Shown here one piece after another: positions 1 to 9,761 of a stretch of 64,000 nucleotides of DNA. The DNA comes from an uncultured Methylomirabilota bacterium (GTDB lineage: Bacteria; Methylomirabilota; Methylomirabilia; Methylomirabilales; 2-02-FULL-66-22): positions 4,128,001 to 4,192,000 of the forward strand of contig OY970067.1 of NCBI GenBank assembly GCA_963705305.1, read 5' to 3'. Position numbers and translations under genes: made by a program. How positions within the stretch are numbered: the stretch's first letter is position 1; every line of letters starts with the position of its first letter. Below the pieces are notes generated by a model. That model was not told where the DNA came from, made no database searches, and saw only the letters and a list, made by a program, of their open reading frames with translations.

Positions 1-748
1 TGGTCAACCCGTGCTGGGAGCGTGCCGCCGCTTCGAAATCGCGCGTGATAGCCTCCGCCTCTTCCCCGCGGCCCTGCGACAAGAGCCAGCGCGGCGATTC
101 CGGGAGATGGCGCCGCACGATGGCGACAAAGACCGCGATCAGGGCGCCCAGCAGGAAGGCCACGCGCCAGCCGATCTCCGGCGGCAGCATCGTCAGCGCA
201 AAGAGCGTGGTGACCGAGGCCAGGACGGTGCCGAGATCCCAGGTTGCCGGCATCAGCCCGGACATGAAACCGCGGCGTTTCGACGGGATGAATTCCTGCA
301 CCGCCGAGTTCACCGCCCCGTACTCGCCGCCGACCCCGAACCCGGTCACAAGCCGAAACAGGGCCAGCGAGCCGTAGTTCCAGGCGAAGGCGCTGGCCAC
401 GGTGAAGATGGAATAGATCAGCAGCGTCAGGACGAACAGGCGCTTGCGTCCCAGCGTGTCCGCCATGTAGCCGAAGACGTAGGCGCCGCCGAACATCCCC
501 ACCAGGAAGATTGACAGCAACGACGAGGCCTGCACCGCGCTCATGTGCCAGAGCCGTACAAGCGTGCCGAGCACCGATCCATACACGGATACCTCGAATC
601 CGTCGAGTACGAAGGCGATGCCTAAAATAAGCACGATGCGGAGGTGGATGCGCGACCAGGGCAGACGGTCCAGCCGCGCGGGAATGTCCGACCGGGTGCT
701 CTGGCTGCCTGCTGCGCCGGCGCTGCTGGGAACCTGGGATGCCGTCAT
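1..748 (-). CDS. MFS transporter (sugar/aromatic acid:H+ symporter type), runs off left edge
   Basis: Not in the ORF track. Translation from ATG 748 gives MTASQ...IPARLDRLPWSRIHLRIVLILGIAFVLDGFE...GYMADTLGRKR...GFGVGGEY...LPESPRW, which carries MFS motif A and PESPRW; SD AAGGAG upstream. Confidence 0.9.
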   Translation of the reverse strand, partial: MTASQVPSSAGAAGSQSTRSDIPARLDRLPWSRIHLRIVLILGIAFVLDGFEVSVYGSVLGTLVRLWHMSAVQASSLLSIFLVGMFGGAYVFGYMADTLGRKRLFVLTLLIYSIFTVASAFAWNYGSLALFRLVTGFGVGGEYGAVNSAVQEFIPSKRRGFMSGLMPATWDLGTVLASVTTLFALTMLPPEIGWRVAFLLGALIAVFVAIVRRHLPESPRWLLSQGRGEEAEAITRDFEAAARSQHGLT

Positions 749-758
749 GGCGGTCTCC

Positions 759-1463
759 TTAGGCCTCGGCCGACGCCCGTGCGGCCGCGGCAAACTGCTC
801 GAGGATGGCGAGCCCGCTGCTGGTGCCGATGCGGGTCGCACCCTCCTTCAGAATGGCGGCGACAAGCGGCCACGAGGAGACGCCGCCGGCCGCCTTGATG
901 CCCGTGTGAGGTTGGAGCACGGAACGTAACAGCCGCACGTCGTCCGCCGATGTCCCCCGGAGGTTGAGGCCTTTGAACCCGGTCGAGGTCTTGACAATAT
1001 GGGCACCGCCGCGCTCCGCCGCGACCGCCGCCGCGACCGCCTGCTCGCCGGTCAGCAGCGGCATTTCGATGATGGTCTTCAGCAGGACGTTGTCCGGCAG
1101 CACCGCCCGGACGGTGCTCACCTCGCGCGCTACGGCATCGGCATCGCCCATACGGGCGGCGGCGATGTCGATCACCATGTCGATCTCGTCGGCGCCACGC
1201 TCGATGGCGTCACGCGCCTCGGCGCGCTTGACAGCGGAGACATCCGCCCCCAACGGGAAACTGATCACCGTTGCCACCTTGGTGCGGCTGCCTGTGGTGA
1301 TCCGGCGCGCAACGGCGACCATATTTGGCAGGATGCAGACGCAGCCGAACCGGCGCTCGACGGCGGTGGCGACAAAGTCCTCGAGGTCGCCCCGCTTCAC
1401 GCCTAGCCCGAGCTGGGTCTGGTCGATTAGGGCTGCGAGCTCATCGATGGCCTTGGGAAACAT
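759..1463 (-). CDS. deoC: Deoxyribose-phosphate aldolase (class I), canonical copy
   Basis: VISFPLG, GADEIDMV, KTSTGF and IKAAGGV motifs; start at ATG 1463 after GGAGG. Confidence 0.88.
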   Translation of the reverse strand: MFPKAIDELAALIDQTQLGLGVKRGDLEDFVATAVERRFGCVCILPNMVAVARRITTGSRTKVATVISFPLGADVSAVKRAEARDAIERGADEIDMVIDIAAARMGDADAVAREVSTVRAVLPDNVLLKTIIEMPLLTGEQAVAAAVAAERGGAHIVKTSTGFKGLNLRGTSADDVRLLRSVLQPHTGIKAAGGVSSWPLVAAILKEGATRIGTSSGLAILEQFAAAARASAEA

Positions 1464-1479
1464 AGTATTCCTCCCACGC

Positions 1480-2145
1480 TCAACTCTCGACACCCATCAC
1501 CGCAAATGGCGAGCTGGTGGCAATGCGAGTGGCACCGGCCTCGATCATCGCCATCGCATCCTGATGGGTGCGCACCCCACCCGATGCCATGACACGCAGA
1601 TCGTTGCCGAATCGCTGCTTGATCGTGCGAACATGCGCCGGCGTGGTGACGTAGCCGTACCCCGGGTTCGTCTTCAGGAACGTGATACCGGCATCGAGAA
1701 TTAACTCGGCGGCACGCAGGGCCTCGTCTTCACTCAGAACGGCCGAGTAGTAGATTACCTTCACGGTGTGTGTGCTCGCCAAGATCCTCGCCGCCCTGAG
1801 CTCATCCGCAACCTTGCTGAGGTCGTTCGATCGGAAGGCGGAGAGATCCATCGCCAGATCGAGCTCATCCGCGCCATCCGACAAGGCCTGTGCCATCTGG
1901 ACCAGCTTGCCCTCCGTCGTCATGCCGCCGAGCGGGTAGGAGATGACCGTCACCACGTTCTGTCCGCGGGGATGGAAGTACTCCGCGGCAGAACGGAGAT
2001 AGCGCGGCTCGACCATGACCGCCGCCAGCCGGTAGGGTGCCAGCTTCCGATAGAACGCGTCCATCTCGGCGAGTGTCGCTGCCGGCCTGCTGGCAATCGA
2101 TGCATCGATCATCATGGCCAACTGGGAGACGGAAATCTCGTCCAT
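1480..2145 (-). CDS. deoC: DeoC-like aldolase, divergent paralog
   Basis: VISYPLG, GADELDLAM, KTNPGYG, VMASGGVR and GATRIATS motifs; start at ATG 2145 after AAGGAGG. Confidence 0.8.
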   Translation of the reverse strand: MDEISVSQLAMMIDASIASRPAATLAEMDAFYRKLAPYRLAAVMVEPRYLRSAAEYFHPRGQNVVTVISYPLGGMTTEGKLVQMAQALSDGADELDLAMDLSAFRSNDLSKVADELRAARILASTHTVKVIYYSAVLSEDEALRAAELILDAGITFLKTNPGYGYVTTPAHVRTIKQRFGNDLRVMASGGVRTHQDAMAMIEAGATRIATSSPFAVMGVES

Positions 2146-2312
2146 CCCGTATCCTCCTTGCCGCGTGGATGTGCGGCATGCGAACGTCGGGCCCGGGAGC
2201 AAACGCGACTGCCCGACCGCTCCGCCGACGGTCTCATTAATCGAAGGCAATCCGGCGGACCCGGCCTGTTGCGGCTATGCATGCGCACCAACGGCCGCGG
2301 GCCCTAGATACA

Positions 2313-2466
2313 GAGGGGCTCCGTCAGCGACGAGGTTGACACCGACAACCCCTATGGGACCGGATTCCCCGGGAGTCAGGTCCCTGTTGTGGAGGGTCTT
2401 TAGATCGGGAGTGGGATTGGAAGGGCGAAGGCAACCCCCGGCCATACGGAGCCCCCTCCAAGGAGG
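2313..2466 (+). other. Structured non-coding element (nested stems followed by an orphan Shine-Dalgarno); possible IS110-type non-coding end
   Basis: GGGGCTCCGT (2315-2324) pairs with ACGGAGCCCC (2446-2455). Inner hairpin ACAAC..GGGACC..GATTCCC/GGGAGTC..GGTCCC..GTTGT at 2345-2390. AAGGAGG at 2460-2466. Confidence 0.4.
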
Positions 2467-2936
2467 CCTAACCAGGGAACGCTCCGGTTGGTGAAGAAGA
2501 CGCGTCGCAGCAAAATAGTTAGGCTCCACCTACCACCGGCGGATTGGCCAGTCAAGCAAAAAAAGCATATTATTCCGACACCTCGAAGTTCGACCTTAGG
2601 GGCATGTAGCAGTACGGCAGCCGGACCGTACAAGAACTGGGAAAGGGCATCCCCTCTTTCCTCTTGACAGCCGCTTTGAGCCCGCCGGATACTCTGACGC
2701 GTTTGGGGGGCGTGGTCTGTATGGGGCTGCGGGGCTGACCGGGGCCGGCGAGGAGTCCTGTGCGGGCGGGCTGATCACCCGCGTCGGGGGCCGCGAGGCG
2801 AGCGGACCGCACGGGATCCCCGAGTTGGGCGGAGGGCCCGCGGCCGTTTTGGGGATCACGCTTTCCCTGTCCGCGGAGCTCGATGACAGCATTGTGCGGT
2901 CGGCTCGGTATATCGTCGAGCCGGGAGAGGAGAGCC

Positions 2937-4232
2937 ATGAAACGAAAGACGGTCATCCGGATAGGCATCGCGGCGGTCCTCCTGGTAGGGCTGGCGGTGG
3001 GTTCGGCCATGGCGCAGGCCCCCGTGACGATCGATTTCTGGGGCGGCTGGACTGGGCCGGACCGCGGGGTCATGGAAAAACTGGTGAACCAGTACCAGAC
3101 CGAGAATCCCGGCGTGAAAGTGAACCTGTTCACCGTCCAATGGACGCCCCTCTTCGATCGCTTCCTCACCTCGTTCCGCAGCGGAGAAGTGCCGGATGTC
3201 CTGGCGATGCACGTGCAGGACATCGCCACGTTCGCCAGCAGGAATCTCCTCCAGCCTGTCGCAAAGGACGCCGAGAACGCCGGGCTCAAGTCCGACCAGT
3301 TCGCCCAGACCGCCTGGAACGGCACCTTCTGGAGCGGCATTCAGTACGCCTTTCCGCTGGATCTGCACATGCACGCGATCTTCGTCAATCTCGACATGTT
3401 CAAAGCGGCGGGTCTGGACCCCAACAAGCTGCCGACGACCGGTGCCGAGCTGATCGCCGCGGCGACGAAGCTCACCGTCGATCAGAACGGCAAGCATCCG
3501 GGTGAGAGCGGCTTCGATGCGACGAAGGTCAAGCAGTGGGGCTTTGGGATAAACTCGAATCACCACGGCTTCTACTACTTCTATGCCCTCCTGGCACAGC
3601 AGCACGCCTCCTTCCTCGATTCGGCGGGGACGAAGGTGGCCGTGGACACGGCCAAGGGGGAGCGCGCCTGGCAGTGGCTGCAGGACCTCGTTTACAAGTA
3701 TAAGGTTGTTCCCCAGGGAGAGACGAACGCCTTCCAGGACTGGGTAACCGGCCGGGTGGCAATGGCCGTGGACGGTCCGTGGCAGTTGCCGGCCGCCCAG
3801 GAGTCGGCCACCTTCGCCTGGGGCACCGCCACCTTCCCGAACGTGTTCGGGACACCGGCCACCTGGGGCAGCGGCCATGTCCTCACGCTGCCGGTGAAGA
3901 ACGACCCGGCCAAGCGCCAGGCGGCGCTGAAGTTCGTCGCGTGGCTCCTCCACAATTCCGCCGGCTGGGGGACCTCCGGCAACATCCCGGCAAACCTTGC
4001 CGCCCGGCAGACGCAGGAATTCAAGTCATTGCCGGGCCGCACGGCTTTCGTGAACTCGCTCCCGTTCGTCGTGTTCCTGCCCGATATCCCGAAGACGAAC
4101 CAGGTCTTCTCGGCCGCCGGCCCCAGCCCGATTGTGGTCGCGGCGCAGAGCGTGATCTTGAAGGACGCGCCCGTCTCCCAGGTGCTCAAGCAGCTGATCG
4201 ATGGCGTCAACCAGATCCTGGCGACACCTTAA
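2937..4232 (+). CDS. Carbohydrate ABC transporter substrate-binding protein
   Basis: Signal peptide MKRKTV...AMA; CUT1 SBP motifs (PDV, YAFPLD, NLDMFKAAGLD, AMAVDGPW); SD GAGGAG. Confidence 0.92.
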   Translation: MKRKTVIRIGIAAVLLVGLAVGSAMAQAPVTIDFWGGWTGPDRGVMEKLVNQYQTENPGVKVNLFTVQWTPLFDRFLTSFRSGEVPDVLAMHVQDIATFASRNLLQPVAKDAENAGLKSDQFAQTAWNGTFWSGIQYAFPLDLHMHAIFVNLDMFKAAGLDPNKLPTTGAELIAAATKLTVDQNGKHPGESGFDATKVKQWGFGINSNHHGFYYFYALLAQQHASFLDSAGTKVAVDTAKGERAWQWLQDLVYKYKVVPQGETNAFQDWVTGRVAMAVDGPWQLPAAQESATFAWGTATFPNVFGTPATWGSGHVLTLPVKNDPAKRQAALKFVAWLLHNSAGWGTSGNIPANLAARQTQEFKSLPGRTAFVNSLPFVVFLPDIPKTNQVFSAAGPSPIVVAAQSVILKDAPVSQVLKQLIDGVNQILATP

Positions 4233-4257
4233 GGGCGCGATGCGCGCGAGGCATCCG

Positions 4258-4289
4258 GGAGGCCCGGCCGTTGCGGCGGCCGGGCCTCC
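4258..4289 (+). terminator. Intercistronic hairpin after the SBP gene (mRNA stabiliser or partial terminator)
   Basis: GGAGGCCCGGCCG-ttgcgg-CGGCCGGGCCTCC, a 13-bp stem. Confidence 0.6.
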
Positions 4290-4317
4290 GTAATCCAGAC
4301 CACGAAAGGGACCCGGC

Positions 4318-5238
4318 GTGATCGAGAAGGCGAGGGCATCGACACGGCGCGCCGCGCGGCGCGGCGCCTCATCCCGCTGGTATGGCGGGGCCACCCCCTG
4401 GATCTTCCTGGCGCCCTTCCTCACCGCATTCATCCTTTTCCGCCTGGGCCCTGTCATCGGGGGCTTCTTCATCAGCCTGACCAGATGGGGAATCGTCGGG
4501 TCGCCGACGTGGGTCGGGCTTGCGAACTACCGGGCACTCCTGCGCGATCCGCTGTTTCATACCTCGCTGATCAACACGCTCTTCTTCGTGCTGCTCACCG
4601 TCCCGGCGATGGTGGCGCTCAGCCTGGGGCTGGCCCTCCTCGTCAACATGCCGATGGCCCCGAGGATCTTCGCGCGCACCTCCATCTTCCTGCCGTACGT
4701 CGTGATGGCGGCGGTGGTGGGGGTGATCTGGAACTGGATGCTCGACTCCAACTTCGGGCTCGTCAACTACGCGCTCAAGCTAGTTGGCCTGGGACCGTAC
4801 CGCTGGCTCACCGATTTTAATCTGGCGATGCCCGCAGTCGCCGGGGTCACGATCTGGTGGACCGTCGGCTTCAACATGATTATCTACCTCGCCGGCCTGC
4901 AGGATGTTCCGCGCGAGCTCGAAGAGGCGGCCATGATCGACGGGGCGGGCTCGTTGGCCGTGCTGCGCCACGTCACCCTGCCGATGCTCACCCCCACGAC
5001 GTTCGTGGTGCTGATGCTCACCACGATCAATGCGGCGCAGGTCTTCGACCAGATCTATGTCATGACCGGCGGAGGGCCGGGGACATCGACCCTCACGCTC
5101 GTCCAGTATCTCTATTATCAAGCGTTCCAGTCCTTCAATCTCGGCTACGGTTCGGCCGTGGCCTACTTCGTCTTCGTCCTGCTTGCCGTGTTCGGCATCA
5201 TCCAGCTGCGGCTTGTCCGCCAGCAGGTGACGTCGTGA
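4318..5238 (+). CDS. Carbohydrate ABC transporter permease
   Basis: EAA loop (ELEEAAMIDGAG), VGLANY, TGGGPGT. Confidence 0.93.
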   Translation: MIEKARASTRRAARRGASSRWYGGATPWIFLAPFLTAFILFRLGPVIGGFFISLTRWGIVGSPTWVGLANYRALLRDPLFHTSLINTLFFVLLTVPAMVALSLGLALLVNMPMAPRIFARTSIFLPYVVMAAVVGVIWNWMLDSNFGLVNYALKLVGLGPYRWLTDFNLAMPAVAGVTIWWTVGFNMIIYLAGLQDVPRELEEAAMIDGAGSLAVLRHVTLPMLTPTTFVVLMLTTINAAQVFDQIYVMTGGGPGTSTLTLVQYLYYQAFQSFNLGYGSAVAYFVFVLLAVFGIIQLRLVRQQVTS

Positions 5239-6086
5239 GCCCGTCCATGCGCAGGCGATCCTGGCAGGCCGCGGCCGCGCTCGCAATGATCGCGGTCGGC
5301 ATTGCGTTTCTTCTCCCGATCCTGTGGATGCTCATCACGAGCGTGAAGCCGGAAGGCCAGATCATGCGCTACCCGCCGGAGTTCATCCCCCGGCAGATCA
5401 CCGCGGAAAACTTCGCGAGCGTCTTCCGGCGATTCGCCTTCGGGCGCTGGGCGTTCAACAGCTTTGTGGTCGCGGCGGTCGCCACCTTCCTGGTCGTGCC
5501 GGTGGATGCGCTGGCCGGCTACGCGCTCGCGCGCATGCGCTTTCCGGGCCGGAATGCGCTCTATCTGCTGATCCTTTCGATGCTGATGGTGCCGCTCCAG
5601 GTCACCGTCATCCCGCTCTTCATCGGCTTCGTCGATGTCAACATGCTCAACACGCATTGGGCGCTGATCCTGCCTACCGTGGCGAACGTGACCGGCGTCT
5701 TTCTCCTCCGCCAATTCTTCGTGTCCGTCCCGGTCGAGCTGGAGGATGCCGGCCGTATCGACGGCACGAATCAGTTCCAGCTGTGGTGGTTCGTGATGCT
5801 GCCCCTGGCCCGGCCGGTCATGGCCACCGTGGCCATCATCACGTTTATGTCCTCGTGGAACAACTTCCTCTGGCCGCTGATCGCGATCAGCAATGACTCC
5901 ACCAGGACGCTCCCCGTGGGCATCGCGCAGTTCATGGGCGCCAGCAGCGGCGCCAGCGGCTCGGCGCCGACGTACGGCATGCCGACGGCGGCGGCGGCCA
6001 TGGCCACCGCGCCGGCCGTGCTGGTCTTTCTGGGCCTGCAACGCTGGTTCGTGCGCGGGATCACTTCCACGGGAATCAAGGGATGA
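5235..6086 (+). CDS. Carbohydrate ABC transporter permease (MalG-like)
   Basis: AGYALAR, ELEDAGRIDG, SWNNFLWP; GTG start overlaps the upstream stop. Confidence 0.92.
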   Translation: MSPSMRRRSWQAAAALAMIAVGIAFLLPILWMLITSVKPEGQIMRYPPEFIPRQITAENFASVFRRFAFGRWAFNSFVVAAVATFLVVPVDALAGYALARMRFPGRNALYLLILSMLMVPLQVTVIPLFIGFVDVNMLNTHWALILPTVANVTGVFLLRQFFVSVPVELEDAGRIDGTNQFQLWWFVMLPLARPVMATVAIITFMSSWNNFLWPLIAISNDSTRTLPVGIAQFMGASSGASGSAPTYGMPTAAAAMATAPAVLVFLGLQRWFVRGITSTGIKG

Positions 6087-7084
6087 CGAGACGCGCCACG
6101 CCGGTCAGCCCGGAAAAGGGCTCGATGACGCTCACCGTCTCTTCCCCCCAGCGGATCCTCCGAGAGCCATTCGATCCACCCGCATGCCACGGCATTACGC
6201 TCGCCCGCCTCGGCGAGAGCCGGCTTCTGGCAGTATGGTACGCCTGCTCGTTTGAGACTTCCTCGGATACCGTGCTCGTGGCGGCGGAGCGGTCCGGCGG
6301 CGGAACGTGGTCGACCCCGCGCGTGATCGTCGACATCCCCCTGACCGCCGTCGGCAACCCCGCCCTGTGGCGCGACGGCGGGGGGCTGCACCTGGCGTAC
6401 GTCATCCTCGATCGCGAGGAATGGACCAGCGCGCACATTGTCGCCTCCGATTCCAGTGACGGCGGCTCGACGTGGAGCGGGCCGCGGCTCCTGCACGAGC
6501 GCGAGGGCCTCATGGTCCGCAACCGGCCCCTGGTCACGCCTGGCGGTGCGATCTTGCTGCCGGTCTACGACGAGAAAAGCTGGGCGCCGCTGGTGCTCCG
6601 CAGCCAGGACGGCGGCGTGAGCTGGCGTCTCTTCGGAGACACCACGGCGCGCGGCGTGGCGCTGCAGCCGGCCCTGGCGCTGGCGCCGGACGGGAAGATC
6701 CTGATGCTCTCCCGCGGGCGCAAGGGCCGCGCCTTGGCCTCGTGGTCCGCCGACGAGGGGAGGTCCTGGACGGCATCCCGCCCTCTCGATATGCCCAATC
6801 CGAACAGCGGGCTGGACCTCGTCAACCTTCCCGACGGGTCGATCCTCGCCGCTTACAACCATTCTTCGACCGATCGGCTGCGCCTGGATCTGGCCGTCTC
6901 CCGGGACGGCGGGGCCCACTGGTCTGATCCGATGCCGGTCGCAGTCACGACCAATGGGGAGCTGTCCTACCCCTGCCTGCTGCTCGCCGACGGTCGGCAG
7001 GTTCACCTTGCCTACACCGTGAATCGGGTCAACTTCCACTATCACGGGATTGAGATTCCCGCGGACGCGAGTGATGAGCCCTGA
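6083..7084 (+). CDS. BNR/Asp-box (exo-alpha-sialidase-like) beta-propeller protein, cytoplasmic
   Basis: Four Asp boxes (SSDGGSTW, SQDGGVSW, SADEGRSW, SRDGGAHW), PNPNSG and LSYP; no signal peptide. Confidence 0.85.
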   Translation: MTRRATPVSPEKGSMTLTVSSPQRILREPFDPPACHGITLARLGESRLLAVWYACSFETSSDTVLVAAERSGGGTWSTPRVIVDIPLTAVGNPALWRDGGGLHLAYVILDREEWTSAHIVASDSSDGGSTWSGPRLLHEREGLMVRNRPLVTPGGAILLPVYDEKSWAPLVLRSQDGGVSWRLFGDTTARGVALQPALALAPDGKILMLSRGRKGRALASWSADEGRSWTASRPLDMPNPNSGLDLVNLPDGSILAAYNHSSTDRLRLDLAVSRDGGAHWSDPMPVAVTTNGELSYPCLLLADGRQVHLAYTVNRVNFHYHGIEIPADASDEP

Positions 7085-7275
7085 TCCGAATGTACGCTCT
7101 CGCCAAGATTGCCATTTCCAGTATGCAGCAGACAGAAGTCAGAGGTTTCGGCTTGACGAGGGTCTCGACAGAGGGGTAGCCTCCTGGCCACCGAGAGCCC
7201 GGGCCGCGGGAGGCCCGATTTCCAACACCGCTAGAGGCGCGGCTAGGGCGGCGCCGATGACACAGAGGAGAGGCG

Positions 7276-8245
7276 ATGACCTTTCGACCGAAAGTACTGA
7301 TCAGCGTTGGAAAGGTGAACTTCCCGCCGGATGTCGCGGACGCGCTCGCCGACGTCGCCGATGTCCAGTTCGTTACGGGCGATTACGGGGCGCAGCGCAT
7401 AGACACGCAGGCGGTTGTCGTCGGCGGAGAGCAGGTGAACGAAGGGTATCTGGCCCAGGCGCCGCAACTCAAGATCGTGGCCCGATTTGGCGTGGGGTAC
7501 GATGCGGTGGATGTCGCGGCCTGCACCCGCAGACGGGTGTACGTGGGGCACACGCCGGACATCTTGAGCGCCGCCGTGGCGGACCTCGCCTGGGCGCTCA
7601 TCCTTGCCTGGATGCGGCGCATCGCGGAGGGGGACCGCTTCGTCCGGACGGAGTGGGGGAAGCGTCAGTCGGCCTTTCCGTTCGGATGGGACCTCAGCGG
7701 AAAGACAGTGGGATTCCTTGGCGTCGGGCGGATCGGCGCCGAGGCGGCAAAGCGCGGATTCGGCTTCGGGGTGACCATGATCTACCACGACGTGATCCGG
7801 CGCCCCGACCTGGAGCAGAGCTACCGCCTCGAGGCGGTGAGCTTCCCGGAGCTGCTCCATCGCTCGGAACGTCCTGTCGGTGCACGTCCCGCTCCTGCCC
7901 TCCACCGCCAAGCTGCTCGGGCGTGAGGCGTTTCAGCAGATGAAGCCGTCGGCCATCGTGATCAACACGAGCCGGGGGGGCGTCATCGACCAGGCGGCGC
8001 TGGCGGAGGCCCTCGAGCAGGGGCGGATCGCCGGGGCGGCGCTCGACGTGTTCGAAAAGGAGCCGTTGCCGCTCGACGACCCCCTGCTCAAAGTCCGGAA
8101 CCTCATCCTGACGCCGCACTGCGCCTCCGCCACCTGGGAAACCAGACGAAAGATGGCGGAACGATGCGCCGAGAACGTGCGCGCGTGCGTCACAGGTCGG
8201 CGCCCGCCCTTTGTCGTCCCCGAACAGAAGGAGTGCACGTTCTAG
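7276..8245 (+). pseudogene. D-2-hydroxyacid dehydrogenase (glyoxylate reductase-like) with one +1 frameshift near 7868
   Basis: ARFGVGYD and GVGRIG in frame 1; HVPL, INTSRG, ALDVFE and TPH in frame 2. CGCTCGGAACGTC has one extra base relative to the expected R-S-D-V. Confidence 0.85.
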
Positions 8246-8504
8246 CCCCATTCCTAGGATATCTCACCGCCAAGGCGCCAAGAAGGGCACGGACTTTGGT
8301 GCCTTGGTGTCATGGCGGCTGAGCAGTTCTTTCGGTTCAAAGTCAGCTTCATCTTGAAGATGCCTTGCTGGCAAGGCGCCTGGCAGGCCATGGCCGGACG
8401 AGGAGAGGTGTCTCCATGCCATGGATCGATTCCTCCTTCGGGGTGCCTCGTGAGAGTCAGGGCACCGCACAGTCCTCCATTCGGCAAGGGAAGGAGTTGT
8501 GTGC

Positions 8505-9686
8505 ATGCGGGCGCTAACCGGCATACGCGTCCTGGACCTCTCCCGGTTTGTCGCGGGTCCGTTCTGCTGCCAGATCCTGGGAGATCACGGGGCAGATGTG
8601 GTCAAGGTTGAGAAGTCCGACGGCGAGCCGTCCCGCCGGATGCCTCCCTTCCTCAAAGAGGAAAGTCTCTACTTTTTTGCCTATAACGGCAGCAAGCGCA
8701 GCATCACCCTCAACCTGCGCTCGGAGGCGGGCCTGCGCCTGCTGCGGCAGATGATCCTGAGGGCGGATGTCGTGGTGGAGAATTTCCGGGCGGGCACCAT
8801 GGAGAAGATGGGGCTGGACTATGCCGGGCTTGCGCGCGAGCATCCGCCGCTCATCCTGGTCTCGATCTCCGGGTTCGGCACCGAAGGCCCCTACGCCGAG
8901 CGTCCCGCCTTCGACGAGATCATCCAGACCATGAGCGGGCTGGCCAGCCTGACCGGCGAGGCGGCTGGCCCCCCGCTGCTCACGGGGACCTATGTGGCCG
9001 ATTTCTTGACCGGGGTGTATGCGGCGCTGGGAGCGGTCTTGGCGGTGCAGGCGCGGGCACGGAGCGGGTGCGGACAGTGGGTCCGCATGAACCTGTTCCA
9101 GTGTCTGGTCTCCATCCTGAATACCACGGTCAGCCGCTACCTCGCTCTCGGGCAGGCGCCGTTCCGGCAAGGGAACCGGAACCCGCTGATCGCGCCGGGA
9201 AATCTCTATCGGGCGCGGGACGGCTTCGTGACCATCGAATGCCTCACGCAAGAGATGTGGGAGAATCTGGGTCGGGCCATGGGACGCGAAGATCTCTTGC
9301 AGGATCCCCGATTCAGGGATGTTCTCAGCCGGCAGCAGCATGCCGAGGCGCTGGACCGGGAGATCGGGGCGTGGATCGGCGACAAGAGCCAGGAGCAGGC
9401 GCTCGCCCTCCTGCACCAGCGCGGGGTGCCGAGCGGCCCCGTCCTGGACATTCCGGCACTCGTCAATCATCCCCAGTTCACGGCCAACCAGATGGTCGCC
9501 GAGGTGGATGTGCCGGGGTTGGGCAGTGTGCCCCTCCTGGCTCCGCCCATTCATATGGACGGGGACGCGGCGGCCGTGCGCGGGCGCCCTCCCGGACAGG
9601 GGGAACACACGGAAGCAGTCCTCGGCGAATGGCTGGGCCTCACGGCGAGCGAGGTGGGGCGATTGCGGGCGGCGGGTGCCCTGTGA
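8505..9686 (+). CDS. Family III CoA-transferase (CaiB/BaiF)
   Basis: LTGIRVLDLSRFVAGPFC, GADVVKVE, NGSKRSITLNL, ADVVVENFR, AFDEIIQ. Confidence 0.93.
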   Translation: MRALTGIRVLDLSRFVAGPFCCQILGDHGADVVKVEKSDGEPSRRMPPFLKEESLYFFAYNGSKRSITLNLRSEAGLRLLRQMILRADVVVENFRAGTMEKMGLDYAGLAREHPPLILVSISGFGTEGPYAERPAFDEIIQTMSGLASLTGEAAGPPLLTGTYVADFLTGVYAALGAVLAVQARARSGCGQWVRMNLFQCLVSILNTTVSRYLALGQAPFRQGNRNPLIAPGNLYRARDGFVTIECLTQEMWENLGRAMGREDLLQDPRFRDVLSRQQHAEALDREIGAWIGDKSQEQALALLHQRGVPSGPVLDIPALVNHPQFTANQMVAEVDVPGLGSVPLLAPPIHMDGDAAAVRGRPPGQGEHTEAVLGEWLGLTASEVGRLRAAGAL

Positions 9687-9761
9687 CGGGACGGCCGTGT
9701 GCCCGGGGCGGGCTTTCGTCGGTCCTCCGGTGAGGGAAAAGAGGAAGAGTGGGAGGAAGCC

